The position numbers and the translations under genes are program-made. From positions 1 through 26,441 of IMG/VR virus record IMGVR_UViG_3300020044_005320: DNA of 26,441 nucleotides. One strand, written 5' to 3'. This DNA is from a virus. Taxonomy: Duplodnaviria > Caudoviricetes. Position 1 is the stretch's first letter; the number at the start of each line of letters is the position of its first letter. The notes under the pieces are model-generated. The model was not told where the DNA came from. It searched no databases and worked only from the letters and a program-made list of their open reading frames with translations. Positions 7,451-17,589 of the stretch are shown here, piece by piece.

Positions 7451-7897
7451 CTATACAAGTGTCTGTCCGGCCTGACTTGGCACCTGCTGTGCGCTCTCTT
7501 CGAGGTATTGGGCAGCCAGGGCAAGGGCTACCTCCTCGGGGAACTCTGGGTATGCCTCACGAAAGACGGCAGACAATCGTAGCACCTCGGCATCTGCGGG
7601 GCTTACAGGGCCTTCTGGGGCCATTTGAAGGGCATTCTGGGGCAAGCCTAAAGCTTCAGTTCCAGGGGCAGGTTGAGCCGCTTGTAGGGCCATCAGTGGG
7701 TTCTGAGCAGGTTGAGCCTGAGCCTGTGGTTGAGGCATAGCAGGCAGGGCTACGGGCTGGGGGGTAGGCGGGGCTGGTTGGACAGTGCCGGCTTGGGCAG
7801 CAGTCCCAGCCTGGGCAGCAAAGCCACCCTCCGGACCACGGCGTCGGACTCGGGAAAGGGAGGCGTAGAGACCTGATACTGGATCGTTGTTAGCCAT
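7451..7897 (-). CDS. Hypothetical Pro/Gln/Ala-rich protein
   Basis: 148 aa, TAATG-coupled to the upstream gene; AAQAGT tandem duplication; short helical C-terminal domain. Confidence 0.7.
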   Translation of the reverse strand: MANNDPVSGLYASLSRVRRRGPEGGFAAQAGTAAQAGTVQPAPPTPQPVALPAMPQPQAQAQPAQNPLMALQAAQPAPGTEALGLPQNALQMAPEGPVSPADAEVLRLSAVFREAYPEFPEEVALALAAQYLEESAQQVPSQAGQTLV

Positions 7898-8391
7898 TAG
7901 CCCACCTGCTGCATAGTCAGAACCGCAGAAGCCACTATCGGTACTACCCCAGTTGCCACCTCATGCCAAAGGCTGATGTTAGTGTGGTTGGTTGACCAAG
8001 CCAGTTGCAGATAGTCGCCAGCTACCAAAGTCAAGAAATAGTCACGGCTGGTCACTTGGTATTCAGAGTTGGTTGTCACGCTTTGTCGAATACCAGTCTC
8101 GGCTACATTGTTGCCATTGACCTTGAACCATACGTGAGTATGGGCGCTACTACCACCACCACCGCTGTTGTGAAACTGCAAGGCATACTGGACATTGTAC
8201 AAGCCGCTGTTATCCACATAGAACCTATTGCCACTCGCCAACCTCATACCGCGTTCAAAGTCGGTGGAGTCAAATCCCACAATGAGTTCAACATCGGGAG
8301 TAACACCAGCAAACTGATCGACAAGACTCTGCCATGACCCATTGGGTACTTCGGAGAGACTGCCGATTTCGGGCTTGTACGTGATTGGCAT
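7897..8391 (-). CDS. Putative virion fibre/spike protein with a C1q/TNF-like jelly-roll domain
   Basis: SGLYNVQYALQF..VWFKVNG..LVAGDYLQLAW pattern typical of C1q/BclA-C-like domains. Confidence 0.6.
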   Translation of the reverse strand: MPITYKPEIGSLSEVPNGSWQSLVDQFAGVTPDVELIVGFDSTDFERGMRLASGNRFYVDNSGLYNVQYALQFHNSGGGGSSAHTHVWFKVNGNNVAETGIRQSVTTNSEYQVTSRDYFLTLVAGDYLQLAWSTNHTNISLWHEVATGVVPIVASAVLTMQQVG

Positions 8392-8393
8392 AC

Positions 8394-8645
8394 TTATCCC
8401 ACGTTCAGCATGCGGACGTCACAGTTACCACCGGACGCCTGAATCCAAACTGCACCAGCGCCGTCTTGCACAATCTGTGGAAACTCGTAGACCGCACCGA
8501 CCGGGAGTTGAATACCTTCGGTTGTGAGGTTTGTGCTGGTTGCGCCAAGATACAGGATACCAGGACCGAGGTTCTGGATGACCGGCATTTGGGTTGCGGT
8601 GTAGCCGGTGTTGTATGCACCTTGTGCTACTGTGATGGTTGCCAT
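8394..8645 (-). CDS. Small beta-rich hypothetical virion protein
   Basis: 83 aa, SD AAGGA; IQNLG..LYLG..GIQL.VG pattern seen in small phage structural proteins. Confidence 0.65.
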   Translation of the reverse strand: MATITVAQGAYNTGYTATQMPVIQNLGPGILYLGATSTNLTTEGIQLPVGAVYEFPQIVQDGAGAVWIQASGGNCDVRMLNVG

Positions 8646-8660
8646 GTTAGGTTCCTTTCC

Positions 8661-9329
8661 TTAGGCAGATCGACGGACCATGACGCGGATTGCTGTGCTG
8701 CCTCCGCCTTGACAGTTTGTAAACGAGGTTGTAGCGGGGAGGGTTCCACCAAAAGAGTTGATCTGTTCCAAATAAGAAAGACCACCACTATTGGCTGTTT
8801 GGCTACCCGGACCCTTTCTGTACATGTTTACAAAGTCTCCCGTAATGTTAGTTACGAGTGGTGTTCGGCCGGCAGCACCGTCAGTACCACCTGATTGGTT
8901 TAGTCCAGTAGCAATCCAGTAGAGCACACCGCCGGTAAGAACCTGACTTAGACCAGTAATCTCCAAAGCACCAGGTGCAGTTGGTGTCGCTGGGTCAATC
9001 GTAACGGTTCCAAAGTTTGCAAGCAGGGTAGCTGGGTAGTTATCCACGCTGCTGTAAAGACCAAGCCGATAGTAGTGGGCATCAACGCAACTATTCATGT
9101 TGACGAAGTTGATACCGATACGGTCGAGCGTCATGTTGTAGGCAGGCTTGAACGGTAAGTACGCTATGTGCCTGGGTAGGGTGTGCCGATAGTTGACTCC
9201 GGTGACGATAGATCCAAGGTCATTTCCCATAGGACGCATGTAACGATTGACGTCCACAAGCGGCAGGGCGGTTGTACTATCCGCACCCGTCGATGTTCCC
9301 GGTGTAACAGTACTGTATACGAATGGCAT
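8661..9329 (-). CDS. Putative minor tail / receptor-binding protein
   Basis: 222 aa, Thr/Gly-rich and beta-like; RLGLY...P..LL..G and GVLYWIA motifs; SD GGAGGAG; TAATG coupling. Confidence 0.55.
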   Translation of the reverse strand: MPFVYSTVTPGTSTGADSTTALPLVDVNRYMRPMGNDLGSIVTGVNYRHTLPRHIAYLPFKPAYNMTLDRIGINFVNMNSCVDAHYYRLGLYSSVDNYPATLLANFGTVTIDPATPTAPGALEITGLSQVLTGGVLYWIATGLNQSGGTDGAAGRTPLVTNITGDFVNMYRKGPGSQTANSGGLSYLEQINSFGGTLPATTSFTNCQGGGSTAIRVMVRRSA

Positions 9330-9874
9330 TATATGTCTCCTCCGGTTAGCTCGACTACGTGCGAGTGTAGCATCCCACCTATAGGGACCGACCCGTCAGC
9401 CCGCACCTTCTTACGACGTACAAACTTGGCTATGTCAGCAGCCTTGACCCCCGGCGCCACCTCAAAGTGCATCTGATCCACAGCCCTGGTGTAGTCACCA
9501 CCCCAACGAACCAAGCCCTCACAGTCAGCCACGATGGCCTGACAAGCGGCTACCTGCTTCTTGGTCATGTTTCGCTTGAACATCGGGAACTTCTGCCAGT
9601 TCAAGTCGATGGCAGTACCACTGGCATGGTTACTGAACTTGGTGGTCCCGTCAATCTTACGGTAGTTATACCCACCCTCATCCTGAAACCCGGTCTTGTT
9701 GTTCAGCCGCAATGAGCTGACTTCCTTGTCGAACCGGACAGCCACATAAGCGAGCAACTTAGCAGCATCCTTGTGTAGCCGCAGTGGTATGTTGGTCCGG
9801 GCAAGCCGAATCACTTTCAGTTTCTTATCTGACTGGTCTTTGATTACTGGCCAGCCGTTCTCGCTATTTGGCAT
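9329..9874 (-). CDS. Endolysin, M15 family Zn peptidase
   Basis: SENGWP, GGYNYR, SNHASGTAIDLN (SxHxxGxAxD), WGGDY and DQMHFE motifs. Confidence 0.9.
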   Translation of the reverse strand: MPNSENGWPVIKDQSDKKLKVIRLARTNIPLRLHKDAAKLLAYVAVRFDKEVSSLRLNNKTGFQDEGGYNYRKIDGTTKFSNHASGTAIDLNWQKFPMFKRNMTKKQVAACQAIVADCEGLVRWGGDYTRAVDQMHFEVAPGVKAADIAKFVRRKKVRADGSVPIGGMLHSHVVELTGGDI

Positions 9875-10283
9875 CGGTCCTCTTCGCTTTCGGTGTGTAC
9901 TTCTTTCGCCTGGCTAACTCTTCTTCAAGGGCCGCTACCTGGCTTTCCAGTTCTGCTACCTTCTTACGTAGTGAACGGTTCTCCTTGTGCAGAGCATCAA
10001 GTTCTTTGAGCTGCTTGCGGGCGTCTTCGAGATCTGCCTTCGCCTGTGTCAACTGCTCGATCAAAAAGGTTGTCTGCTCGGACAGGTATGAGATAGACTG
10101 TCCCTGTGTATCCAACGCGGTCGATAGGTTCTCTATGCTGGCACGCAGGTCGTCTGCAGTGACATCCACATTGAACAGCCGCTTGAGCCAAGTAAGGGCT
10201 TTTGATCTCCCCTTCTTGGTGCGCAGGTATGCGTAGAGAGCAGCAGGTGCTGCTACAAGAATACCAACGATAGTCTCTAACAT
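9864..10283 (-). CDS. Membrane-anchored coiled-coil protein, lysis-associated
   Basis: N-terminal hydrophobic helix followed by a basic patch and long heptad coil; SD AGGAGG; overlaps the endolysin start. Confidence 0.7.
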   Translation of the reverse strand: MLETIVGILVAAPAALYAYLRTKKGRSKALTWLKRLFNVDVTADDLRASIENLSTALDTQGQSISYLSEQTTFLIEQLTQAKADLEDARKQLKELDALHKENRSLRKKVAELESQVAALEEELARRKKYTPKAKRTDAK

Positions 10284-10302
10284 ACCGGCCCTCCTATGAC
10301 CT

Positions 10303-10324
10303 CAACTATCGGCAGACGCCGACA
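10303..10324 (-). promoter_or_regulatory. Late-gene motif TGTCGG-N9-ATAGTTG before the lysis cassette
   Basis: Exact match in the intergenic gap, immediately upstream of the SD. Confidence 0.75.
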
Positions 10325-13300
10325 TTATGCGAAGTAGCCAGATTCTGCTAATGCCCTGCCTCGGCGGATAATGTCAGGGACTTCCATACCGGCATTAGTT
10401 GCCGCCTTGACAAACTCCTCCAACTTCTTTTCATTGATACGCTGGCGTCGTGCCGAGGTTGTGATCTGCTCCTCGACATATCGATACCGGCTTGCCACCT
10501 CACCAGCTTCCGTCTCGGGCGTGACGGTCGTGATGGGTGCCGCCAAGCCTTTTGACAGAATAGAGCTAAACAACTTCTCGTCCTCGTTGGATAGGTTGAC
10601 CTTGAACCCTGCAGCCTCAAGCGCGGCTTCGATAGCCGGCAGTGTAGTACGGTCTTGTGTAGTGGCCATCGGAAGCACGGTCTTGAATACATCAAGCCAC
10701 TTCTCATCAACCTTATAGACTTGATCTTCAGGATCCCACAAAGGCTGTGCTGACGGCACAAAAGGCGCAATCATCGTTGAGATAGCTTGATACCACGCCG
10801 GAGCCTCAACACCTTCTGCACTGTAAGTCCTACCTGTGTACAAGTTTTTCTCAGCAGTGTACTGAATGAACGCTTTGACAAACGGGTTCATACCAGACTG
10901 AAACTCTTCGAAGTCAACCGAAACCGGCAGCGCACCCTTACCCTCAGTAAAGTACTTATTGAGATCGAGTATGGGAGACTCAAGACGAACAGCAAGTGGG
11001 TTATTTGGGTCAGCACCGAGCACGTTCATTATCGGCTCCAACTTACCCTGTAACTCAGGGTTTAGCATAAAGGCATAAGCCTCCTGCGCATACTCCGGCA
11101 TAAAATACATGTCGCCATTCGGATCACCAATAATACCCTTCACGGTATCCCAGCCCTCCAAGACCGTGTTGAAAGTACCAGGCTGATTCACAAGCATACG
11201 AAACTGTAAAGGTATATTGTACCTTGTCCAGGTGTAGAATGGCAAAACAAAACGACCTAACGACCGCTCAGCCTCTGTAAGATTGGAGTAATCAAAGTGC
11301 GCAAGACGCATCAGCCCAACAGCGTTTTGCTTACCAGCTTCGGTCGTTCCGTACTTGCGAAGACCCGCTGAGATTGCCGCGCCTCGGTGGTACTCTTCCA
11401 TGTTCTGATTGAGATCGCGGACAAGTTGCACTGGGCGTAGGTTGAAAGTTCTGCCGTTAGCCTTGATATCGACACCAGCATTCAAGTATGCCTCTGTTGC
11501 CTTCTGAAAGACGCTTCGTGGGTCTTCTTCGGTCGGAGCTACTGTTGCTTTTGCGCCGCGTATGAACGCAGCACCAGTGCTCTCGTCCTCCCCGCGCTGT
11601 ACAACAAACGTAGGCTTCTTTATTGATACCTTAGCGCCGGTTAGTGGAATGGTTACCTCGACACGCTCAGCACGAATAGGCTTGCGGTCGTTGCGAATAC
11701 TAATCCAGTCTGTGTCGCTATTGAGTAGGCTCGCCAAGTTTGCGTCGCGTTTCAAACCAGAGTACATGGCTACCGACTGGTATGGATCATATACCCCGCC
11801 CAGCTTCATGGCGTCGTAAAGCACATCAAGTGTGCCGTCGTAGTCACGTGATTGCATTTGTGACAGACGTTCGATAATGGTCTGGTTACGTATCTTTGCC
11901 ACAGTATTCACGGTCACTTTACCAGCATTGAGAATATCGACTCTTGCCAGCGCAGCTGCTTCGTCTACAAGTTTACCCTCGTCAATCAACTTCTCAAGGT
12001 ATTCTGTAGCCTTACTTCCACGCAAGGTCTCAAGCGGCGATAGCGCAAGATCAGTTGTTAGCCGTGTCCACCAGACTCTATTCATATCAAGATAACTGTC
12101 TGCAGACGCGTCCGCCACCATCACGCCATTGAACGTCGCGCCGATACCATTTCTACCAACGAAGCCAGGACCACCACCAAAGGTTGCGCCGGTACGGAAA
12201 CCTTGTGTGGCTGCATTTAGAGCATTGATGAACTTGGTTTGCATATCGTCGTCAAGAGCATGGCGGGTATTCATGGACAACCACTTACCCATCACGTCGC
12301 GTAGGTTCTGACTTGCAATGGTACCGACCAGTTCATCTGGTATGCGGGCTACGCCTTTGATGTTATCCTTGTCAAGTGCGCCTAAGTCTGAAAGGTTGTA
12401 CAGCTTCTTGAGTTCACGATCTGACGTACCAACCAAACCAAGAGTATCCTCCATGTATTGCTGGAAGGCTTTGCGCTCGACGTTCTTTTCAAGTGTTGCA
12501 GTACGAGTTCGTGGACCCTCCTTGACAACCTTCATAGCGTCTCTCTTGGCTGTCTCAATGTCGCGGCGACGCTGAGCCGCACGCTGCGTATCACCCAGGT
12601 CTACTGCTTCATCGTACTGATCAAGCAACCTACGATAGTTTGCCAACGCCTTCGGCTCCATTACTGACTCGATGTAGACGTCGCCAAGACGCTCAATGGA
12701 GTTCATAAAGGTAGCAATCTCTTGGTCAGCTTGCTTGACTTGTAGCGGGTCGGAACTGTCATACGCCTTAGCGAGCCGGTCGTTGAGCTGGCCAACGTAG
12801 TCGGTGAACCGGGTCTCGTCTCGCATGAAGTCTTTAGTCAAACGGTCAAGTTGGTCTGGGCGCATACCAGCTATGACGTTCTCTACAAGATTGTACTGTG
12901 CTGATACACGCGGCACATTACCACGAAACAGTAAGCCAGCCCTGAACAACTCATTGACCAGTTTCTTACGAGCAATAACCTTCGTTGCCCGGTCAGTGTA
13001 GTCAGCAAGAATCTCGCCAGGGTTTGACTTCAGGTACTTCAAGTACTCTGGCTTCATACCGGCTTCAAGCAACTGGTCTTGCATTTCTTGAATGGTAGCC
13101 GACCTGAAACCATCTGTGCCGTCAACATTTTTGATTGGTACAATAAAGATGCTGCGCTCCTTAGTAGGATCATAGCCACGTCCCGGTACGTTCACGAGAC
13201 CAGGCTTTGTCACATCGGGTCGCCCACCAATGTCAAAGCCAAGCCTATCCGCGATACTCTTGCCCTGCGCGTCCTTGAAAAGGTCTGTCCAATCTACATT

Positions 13301-14890
13301 GTCCTTGTCCATAGCCTGCTTGTTGAAGATGACGGGATGGAACTCGTTTAGGTAATCTACCGGTAGACCCTCTTCGACAAAGCGGGCGTGAATGTCGTCA
13401 AAGAGTTTGCGATACATCTGTGCGTAGTAGACAGCAGCCCTATCTAACTCGTCAAGATCAGTAGCCCCTTCAAGTTTCTTTGGGTCGATGATAAGTTCGT
13501 TGGTTCTGTCGTACAAAGCGCGCTGGTCCTTGTACATAGAGCTGTACTCCTCAAGCCAACCCTTAGCCGCAAGGGTCTCCTCGCCAACGATTTCAGCAAG
13601 ACGACCAGCCGGATCGCGTGCAGCAGGCGTCATAAACTCCTTGTATGCCTGTGTTAGGTCGGCGTCGTTGGCGTTCTTGACAGATGCTCGTACAAAGTTA
13701 GCCCATGCGCCAGACTCAATACCAATATGGTTGAGCAGACGTCCAGGGCCAGTGACACGTGCGCTATTCTTGAGAGCCTGATAACCAACAACCGGGTTCC
13801 ACTTTGTGCCAAGCAACTTGGGATCCATCTTCAATGCCTCGGCAACTGCGCGGGTCATGTATCCACCCTGGTTCAGATTGCCAAAACGCGAGTCATAGAA
13901 GCCGATACCAAGTCCACCACGCAGATCCTTTGGCATAGACATGAATGCTTCTTTGCCAACCTTCTTTCCAAACTCTCTTTCAAAAGCGTCGGACACACCG
14001 GCACTCCTACTGTTTAGGTTACCATTTGTCACCTTTGCGGCAAACAGTGTCGCCCTATCCTCAAAAGCCTGCTCCGTCTCGTCAGCCCCACGCTTCGCAT
14101 AAGTCTTGAAAGTTTCTTTTGCTTGGTTGCCAAGAGTCTCGGCTACACCCTTACGTGTCATGTTATTGGCACCAAAGCGTACAAAGCCTCGCGGACCACC
14201 GGCTGACCGAACATCAAGCACAAACGCAGCCGGCAACTTCCACGCCTTCTCAAGTACACCAGCATCCTCGGTCAGCTTTATCTCGCCAAACAGTTCGCCG
14301 GCGCCGCGATAGTTTTTCACATCGTCCACAAACTGCTGCATGCTTGGACGCTCTGCTGGCTTGGATTCAGTGACACCAAGAGACTCGGATAGGAAGCGTG
14401 ATGTTTGTGCTGCGCCCGGCACACCTTGTAATCTCTGTTCTATGGCCTGTTCGCGCTCTTCCTGCGTACGCACTCTGCCGTACAAGTACTCGTCCATACG
14501 GTTATTCAACCAGACGAGTGGGTTGATCTCACTCTCGGCGGCAGTGCCTACCGTGTTGACAACCTGTTTCATTCCAGCATTTATAACGGACATTGCCTGG
14601 AATAGACCCTTGACTACAGGATTGTCAATAGCCTCGGCTGCGCCTTCTTTTAGATAACCAAGTAGACCTCGTGGTCTCTCCGCCTCAACACCCAAGATAC
14701 CAGCGGCTGCCTGGTCACGCTCTAACCGACGTACCTGCTTTTCAAGATCAGGTTCTCCGCGTAAACGACGCTCTTGTGGTGACAACCCAGAAAGGTCGTT
14801 GATGAGCACCGGCTTGATCTCCGGCGCGGGCAGTTGCCTACTCGAAGTTGCAAAGTTGAGGTAGTCAAGCCATGATGGATTTTCGGCCAT
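10325..14890 (-). CDS. Large internal virion / DNA ejection protein, 1521 aa
   Basis: Helical; PGFVGRN and HFDYSNLTEAER..LPFYTWTRYNIPLQ motifs typical of large podophage internal proteins; last of three such genes after the nozzle gene. Confidence 0.7.
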   Translation of the reverse strand: MAENPSWLDYLNFATSSRQLPAPEIKPVLINDLSGLSPQERRLRGEPDLEKQVRRLERDQAAAGILGVEAERPRGLLGYLKEGAAEAIDNPVVKGLFQAMSVINAGMKQVVNTVGTAAESEINPLVWLNNRMDEYLYGRVRTQEEREQAIEQRLQGVPGAAQTSRFLSESLGVTESKPAERPSMQQFVDDVKNYRGAGELFGEIKLTEDAGVLEKAWKLPAAFVLDVRSAGGPRGFVRFGANNMTRKGVAETLGNQAKETFKTYAKRGADETEQAFEDRATLFAAKVTNGNLNSRSAGVSDAFEREFGKKVGKEAFMSMPKDLRGGLGIGFYDSRFGNLNQGGYMTRAVAEALKMDPKLLGTKWNPVVGYQALKNSARVTGPGRLLNHIGIESGAWANFVRASVKNANDADLTQAYKEFMTPAARDPAGRLAEIVGEETLAAKGWLEEYSSMYKDQRALYDRTNELIIDPKKLEGATDLDELDRAAVYYAQMYRKLFDDIHARFVEEGLPVDYLNEFHPVIFNKQAMDKDNVDWTDLFKDAQGKSIADRLGFDIGGRPDVTKPGLVNVPGRGYDPTKERSIFIVPIKNVDGTDGFRSATIQEMQDQLLEAGMKPEYLKYLKSNPGEILADYTDRATKVIARKKLVNELFRAGLLFRGNVPRVSAQYNLVENVIAGMRPDQLDRLTKDFMRDETRFTDYVGQLNDRLAKAYDSSDPLQVKQADQEIATFMNSIERLGDVYIESVMEPKALANYRRLLDQYDEAVDLGDTQRAAQRRRDIETAKRDAMKVVKEGPRTRTATLEKNVERKAFQQYMEDTLGLVGTSDRELKKLYNLSDLGALDKDNIKGVARIPDELVGTIASQNLRDVMGKWLSMNTRHALDDDMQTKFINALNAATQGFRTGATFGGGPGFVGRNGIGATFNGVMVADASADSYLDMNRVWWTRLTTDLALSPLETLRGSKATEYLEKLIDEGKLVDEAAALARVDILNAGKVTVNTVAKIRNQTIIERLSQMQSRDYDGTLDVLYDAMKLGGVYDPYQSVAMYSGLKRDANLASLLNSDTDWISIRNDRKPIRAERVEVTIPLTGAKVSIKKPTFVVQRGEDESTGAAFIRGAKATVAPTEEDPRSVFQKATEAYLNAGVDIKANGRTFNLRPVQLVRDLNQNMEEYHRGAAISAGLRKYGTTEAGKQNAVGLMRLAHFDYSNLTEAERSLGRFVLPFYTWTRYNIPLQFRMLVNQPGTFNTVLEGWDTVKGIIGDPNGDMYFMPEYAQEAYAFMLNPELQGKLEPIMNVLGADPNNPLAVRLESPILDLNKYFTEGKGALPVSVDFEEFQSGMNPFVKAFIQYTAEKNLYTGRTYSAEGVEAPAWYQAISTMIAPFVPSAQPLWDPEDQVYKVDEKWLDVFKTVLPMATTQDRTTLPAIEAALEAAGFKVNLSNEDEKLFSSILSKGLAAPITTVTPETEAGEVASRYRYVEEQITTSARRQRINEKKLEEFVKAATNAGMEVPDIIRRGRALAESGYFA

Positions 14891-14898
14891 TGGCTGTC

Positions 14899-16554
14899 CT
14901 ACTTTCTACTGGAGATTGATACGCCGGGTTTGTTGAGGTTGAGAACTGGCGGTGGTGACTTCTTGAACGGCTCTTCAGACGGAGCGCCGATCACGAGTGT
15001 CGGCTTTGCCGACAAAAGTGGCAAGCTTGTTGTGCCACCCGTGCCACCAGTACCACCCATGCCAGCAATCATTTGATTGTATACACTACCGAGCTGGGAG
15101 TAACCCATCCCGGCGTATGGGTTAGTAGGCTTACTACTTGTTCCACCTGGATCTTTTGACAAAAGCAAGGCCGTAATCTTCTTTGGGTCTCCCGTGCCTA
15201 AGATAAACTGAGTGGCAAGCAACAAATCACTGTTGCTCGAAATGTTTGAGAGTTGCATTGTAACAAGCTGCTCAAGCTGTGCCGGCGTAGGCTTAGTTGC
15301 TTGCGCCACCCCAGCAAGTTCGTTGATAATCGCCATTACATTGTAGATAGGAATAGCCGCAGTAATCGGTTGTTTCGTGGTTGGGTCTTCGGTTACGCGG
15401 AATACCTGACCATCCTGTACATAGAACTTACCCTGGAACTTCTGACCCTTGATGTGCGTTGCTGTCTTGGGGGTCGTTGGCTTATTAGCGATTAGACCAC
15501 TGACGTATGAAGCAAACTTGGTTTGTGATCCCTCTGCCTGCGCTTGTGCTTTTTGCTGCTCAGGTGTCAATGGTGTAGGCTTCTCGTTAGCCTTAGCCAG
15601 CGCGACTCGAGCCTTTTCAAGAGCCAACTGATTACGCAAATCAACCGCGCCCTTTGCCTCATACTCACGCATAGCATCAGCAAGTTTCTGTTCCTCGGTA
15701 CGGGTATCGCGGCCAACCTGGCTAGCAGCCGTTTGAGCCTCAAGCAATCTCATAGCGTTCTCTAACTCAATGTCTGACTTTTGTGTAAACATCTCAAGTT
15801 CGGCCAAGCGCCGGTCGCGTTCAGTGGTTGAATCTGCAGCACGTGCGGCAGCAAGCAACTCAGCACCCTTGAGGTCATAAGCTTGTCTCATGCGCTGAAT
15901 CTCTTGATACCCAGCCATCTCGAACTCACGAAGTCTATCGCGTTCTTTCTGCTCGCGATCCGCAGCAGCCTGAAGCGCACGAGTCTCAAGAGCAGTTTGT
16001 AAGTTGATTTGCTGTCCCTGCAACTGGGCGGCGGTAGCGGCGCGTTGACCGGCAAGCGCCTGTGAATACAAACTTTGTGCCAGACCAGAGATACCTTGCG
16101 CCCCGGTGATGTAGCGAGCATCAGATGCACCTTGCTGACGTGCCGCCAGTATGGCGTCCTCTTGCGCGGCTGTCGCCATACCAGGTGCGTACATTGCACC
16201 AATAGCACCAAGAGCGCCGGACGCCTGTAGTTGCTGACGTTGAGCCAACTCTTGATACTGCCGCTGAACTTCTTGTGCGGTCATCTGTGAGGCTTGTTGA
16301 GCAAAAGCAAACTGGTTCTGTGTGGCAGCAAGTGCTTGGCTGTATCGGTTGCCCAAGTCTTGTACCTGTGTTTCCAGTACGGTGCGCTCTCTCGGAGACA
16401 TACCAGACACAATAGCATTAGCAAGTTCGTTTACCTTGCTTTGGTACTGTTGTTCAGCAGCAGCGACCGAAGCGGTAGAAGTATCCTGAAACGCTTGAGC
16501 GGCTGCCATTGCGCGGTCAGCGTCTGACATTCCGTAGTTGATTGGATCAGCCAT
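14899..16554 (-). CDS. Putative internal virion / ejection protein, coiled-coil rich
   Basis: 551 aa, Ala/Gln-rich helical; TAATG coupling; synteny. Confidence 0.65.
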   Translation of the reverse strand: MADPINYGMSDADRAMAAAQAFQDTSTASVAAAEQQYQSKVNELANAIVSGMSPRERTVLETQVQDLGNRYSQALAATQNQFAFAQQASQMTAQEVQRQYQELAQRQQLQASGALGAIGAMYAPGMATAAQEDAILAARQQGASDARYITGAQGISGLAQSLYSQALAGQRAATAAQLQGQQINLQTALETRALQAAADREQKERDRLREFEMAGYQEIQRMRQAYDLKGAELLAAARAADSTTERDRRLAELEMFTQKSDIELENAMRLLEAQTAASQVGRDTRTEEQKLADAMREYEAKGAVDLRNQLALEKARVALAKANEKPTPLTPEQQKAQAQAEGSQTKFASYVSGLIANKPTTPKTATHIKGQKFQGKFYVQDGQVFRVTEDPTTKQPITAAIPIYNVMAIINELAGVAQATKPTPAQLEQLVTMQLSNISSNSDLLLATQFILGTGDPKKITALLLSKDPGGTSSKPTNPYAGMGYSQLGSVYNQMIAGMGGTGGTGGTTSLPLLSAKPTLVIGAPSEEPFKKSPPPVLNLNKPGVSISSRK

Positions 16555-17270
16555 TACTGCCCCGTTCCTGTGAGCTGGTTAGCCAGCGTTGTTGCCCGTG
16601 TTAGTTGCTCTTGGTTACGACGAATCTCTTCTTCGTAGGTAGACAACTGTGAGGTTAGTGTGCGCTCAAGTGCGGCGAGTTGTCTATTGCGATCGCTAAT
16701 CAAGGATGTGCGCTGCATGGCCGGCGCTGCCATCGCTGCTCGACGTGCTGCAACCGACAGGCCAGGAGCGCCAGAGATACCACGAGCGCCTAATGATGCC
16801 TGAGCCTTGACTTGCTGATTGTACATCTCGCGCCCTGCCCTGCGAATCTGGGGTTCGTAGGCAGTAGCTATCTCGGATCGCTGTTGCTGCGACTGAAGGC
16901 GCGCCGCCTGATCCTGTGTTGCTAAACGACGTAGAGCTGAGAGGTAGTTGATCTGGTCTTCTGTGGCGCCGCCCATTGGGATAGTCGGGGCTTGATAACC
17001 TATACCAGAAGTATTTGGGGTAGTCTCGGGTAAGCCCGTGTAGTTGCTTGGCGTGCCGGACGTTGTTGCTGCAGTACCCCCGCCAGCAGACTGAACTTTG
17101 TATCCCGGGATATTGTCCATCGCCCACCACGTGCTGTACTGGCCAGCTTGTGCCTCATAGCCATAGTTGACAAAAGTCTTTGCAACATCAGTGTAGGACA
17201 TGCCAGTTAGGTCAACGCCATACTGGTTTTTTAGTCTCGCTACTGCATCTAAATACTGTTGATATGTCAT
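16554..17270 (-). CDS. Putative internal virion / ejection protein, 238 aa
   Basis: Start reassigned to ATG 17270 (MTYQQY) after SD GGAGG; SLGARGISG motif and Gln-rich helices. Confidence 0.65.
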   Translation of the reverse strand: MTYQQYLDAVARLKNQYGVDLTGMSYTDVAKTFVNYGYEAQAGQYSTWWAMDNIPGYKVQSAGGGTAATTSGTPSNYTGLPETTPNTSGIGYQAPTIPMGGATEDQINYLSALRRLATQDQAARLQSQQQRSEIATAYEPQIRRAGREMYNQQVKAQASLGARGISGAPGLSVAARRAAMAAPAMQRTSLISDRNRQLAALERTLTSQLSTYEEEIRRNQEQLTRATTLANQLTGTGQ

Positions 17271-17286
17271 TAGGCACCAACCTCCC

Positions 17287-17309
17287 CAACTATCATAGGT
17301 GTCCCGACA
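17287..17309 (-). promoter_or_regulatory. Late-gene motif TGTCGG-N10-ATAGTTG before the ejection-protein genes
   Basis: Exact match in the intergenic gap, directly followed by GGAGG. Confidence 0.75.
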
Positions 17310-17310
17310 A

Positions 17311-17589
17311 TCATAGGATGACCCCCAACAGGACAAACCCCAGGTCACCGTTTGTCAAGCGCTGAAAGACGGCCTGGTCCCCGATGGTTACGGTCGTGTT
17401 GACCGCACGAAAGGCTTGCGTCTTGTTGTCTATGGTAGCTGTCCCTGATCGGGTTATGGCGTCGTATGCGCTAACCTGACCACGGCGCAGACCGATTTCC
17501 TGTTGTAAATCCTGCTTGAACAGGGCCAACCTCTTGTCAACGCTGTTTAGAGTTAGGCGTACAGATTCGTCCGATGCTCCGCGTATCAT
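17311..17589 (-). CDS. Small hypothetical tail-associated protein
   Basis: 92 aa; ATGA overlap with the nozzle gene; helix followed by a short beta domain. Confidence 0.65.
   Translation of the reverse strand: MIRGASDESVRLTLNSVDKRLALFKQDLQQEIGLRRGQVSAYDAITRSGTATIDNKTQAFRAVNTTVTIGDQAVFQRLTNGDLGFVLLGVIL

Noticed and set aside
7448-7472. Degenerate sixth late motif GGCCGG-N12-ATAGGTG before HNH-holin
   Set aside because: Three mismatches, longer spacer, and it overlaps the start codon; it shares GACACTT with two true copies, so it is only worth a PWM check.
14998-15014. Palindrome TGTCGGC-TTT-GCCGACA upstream of the 1521-aa gene
   Set aside because: Has the TGTCGG box but no ATAGTTG at the right distance; short, coding, and plausible by chance.
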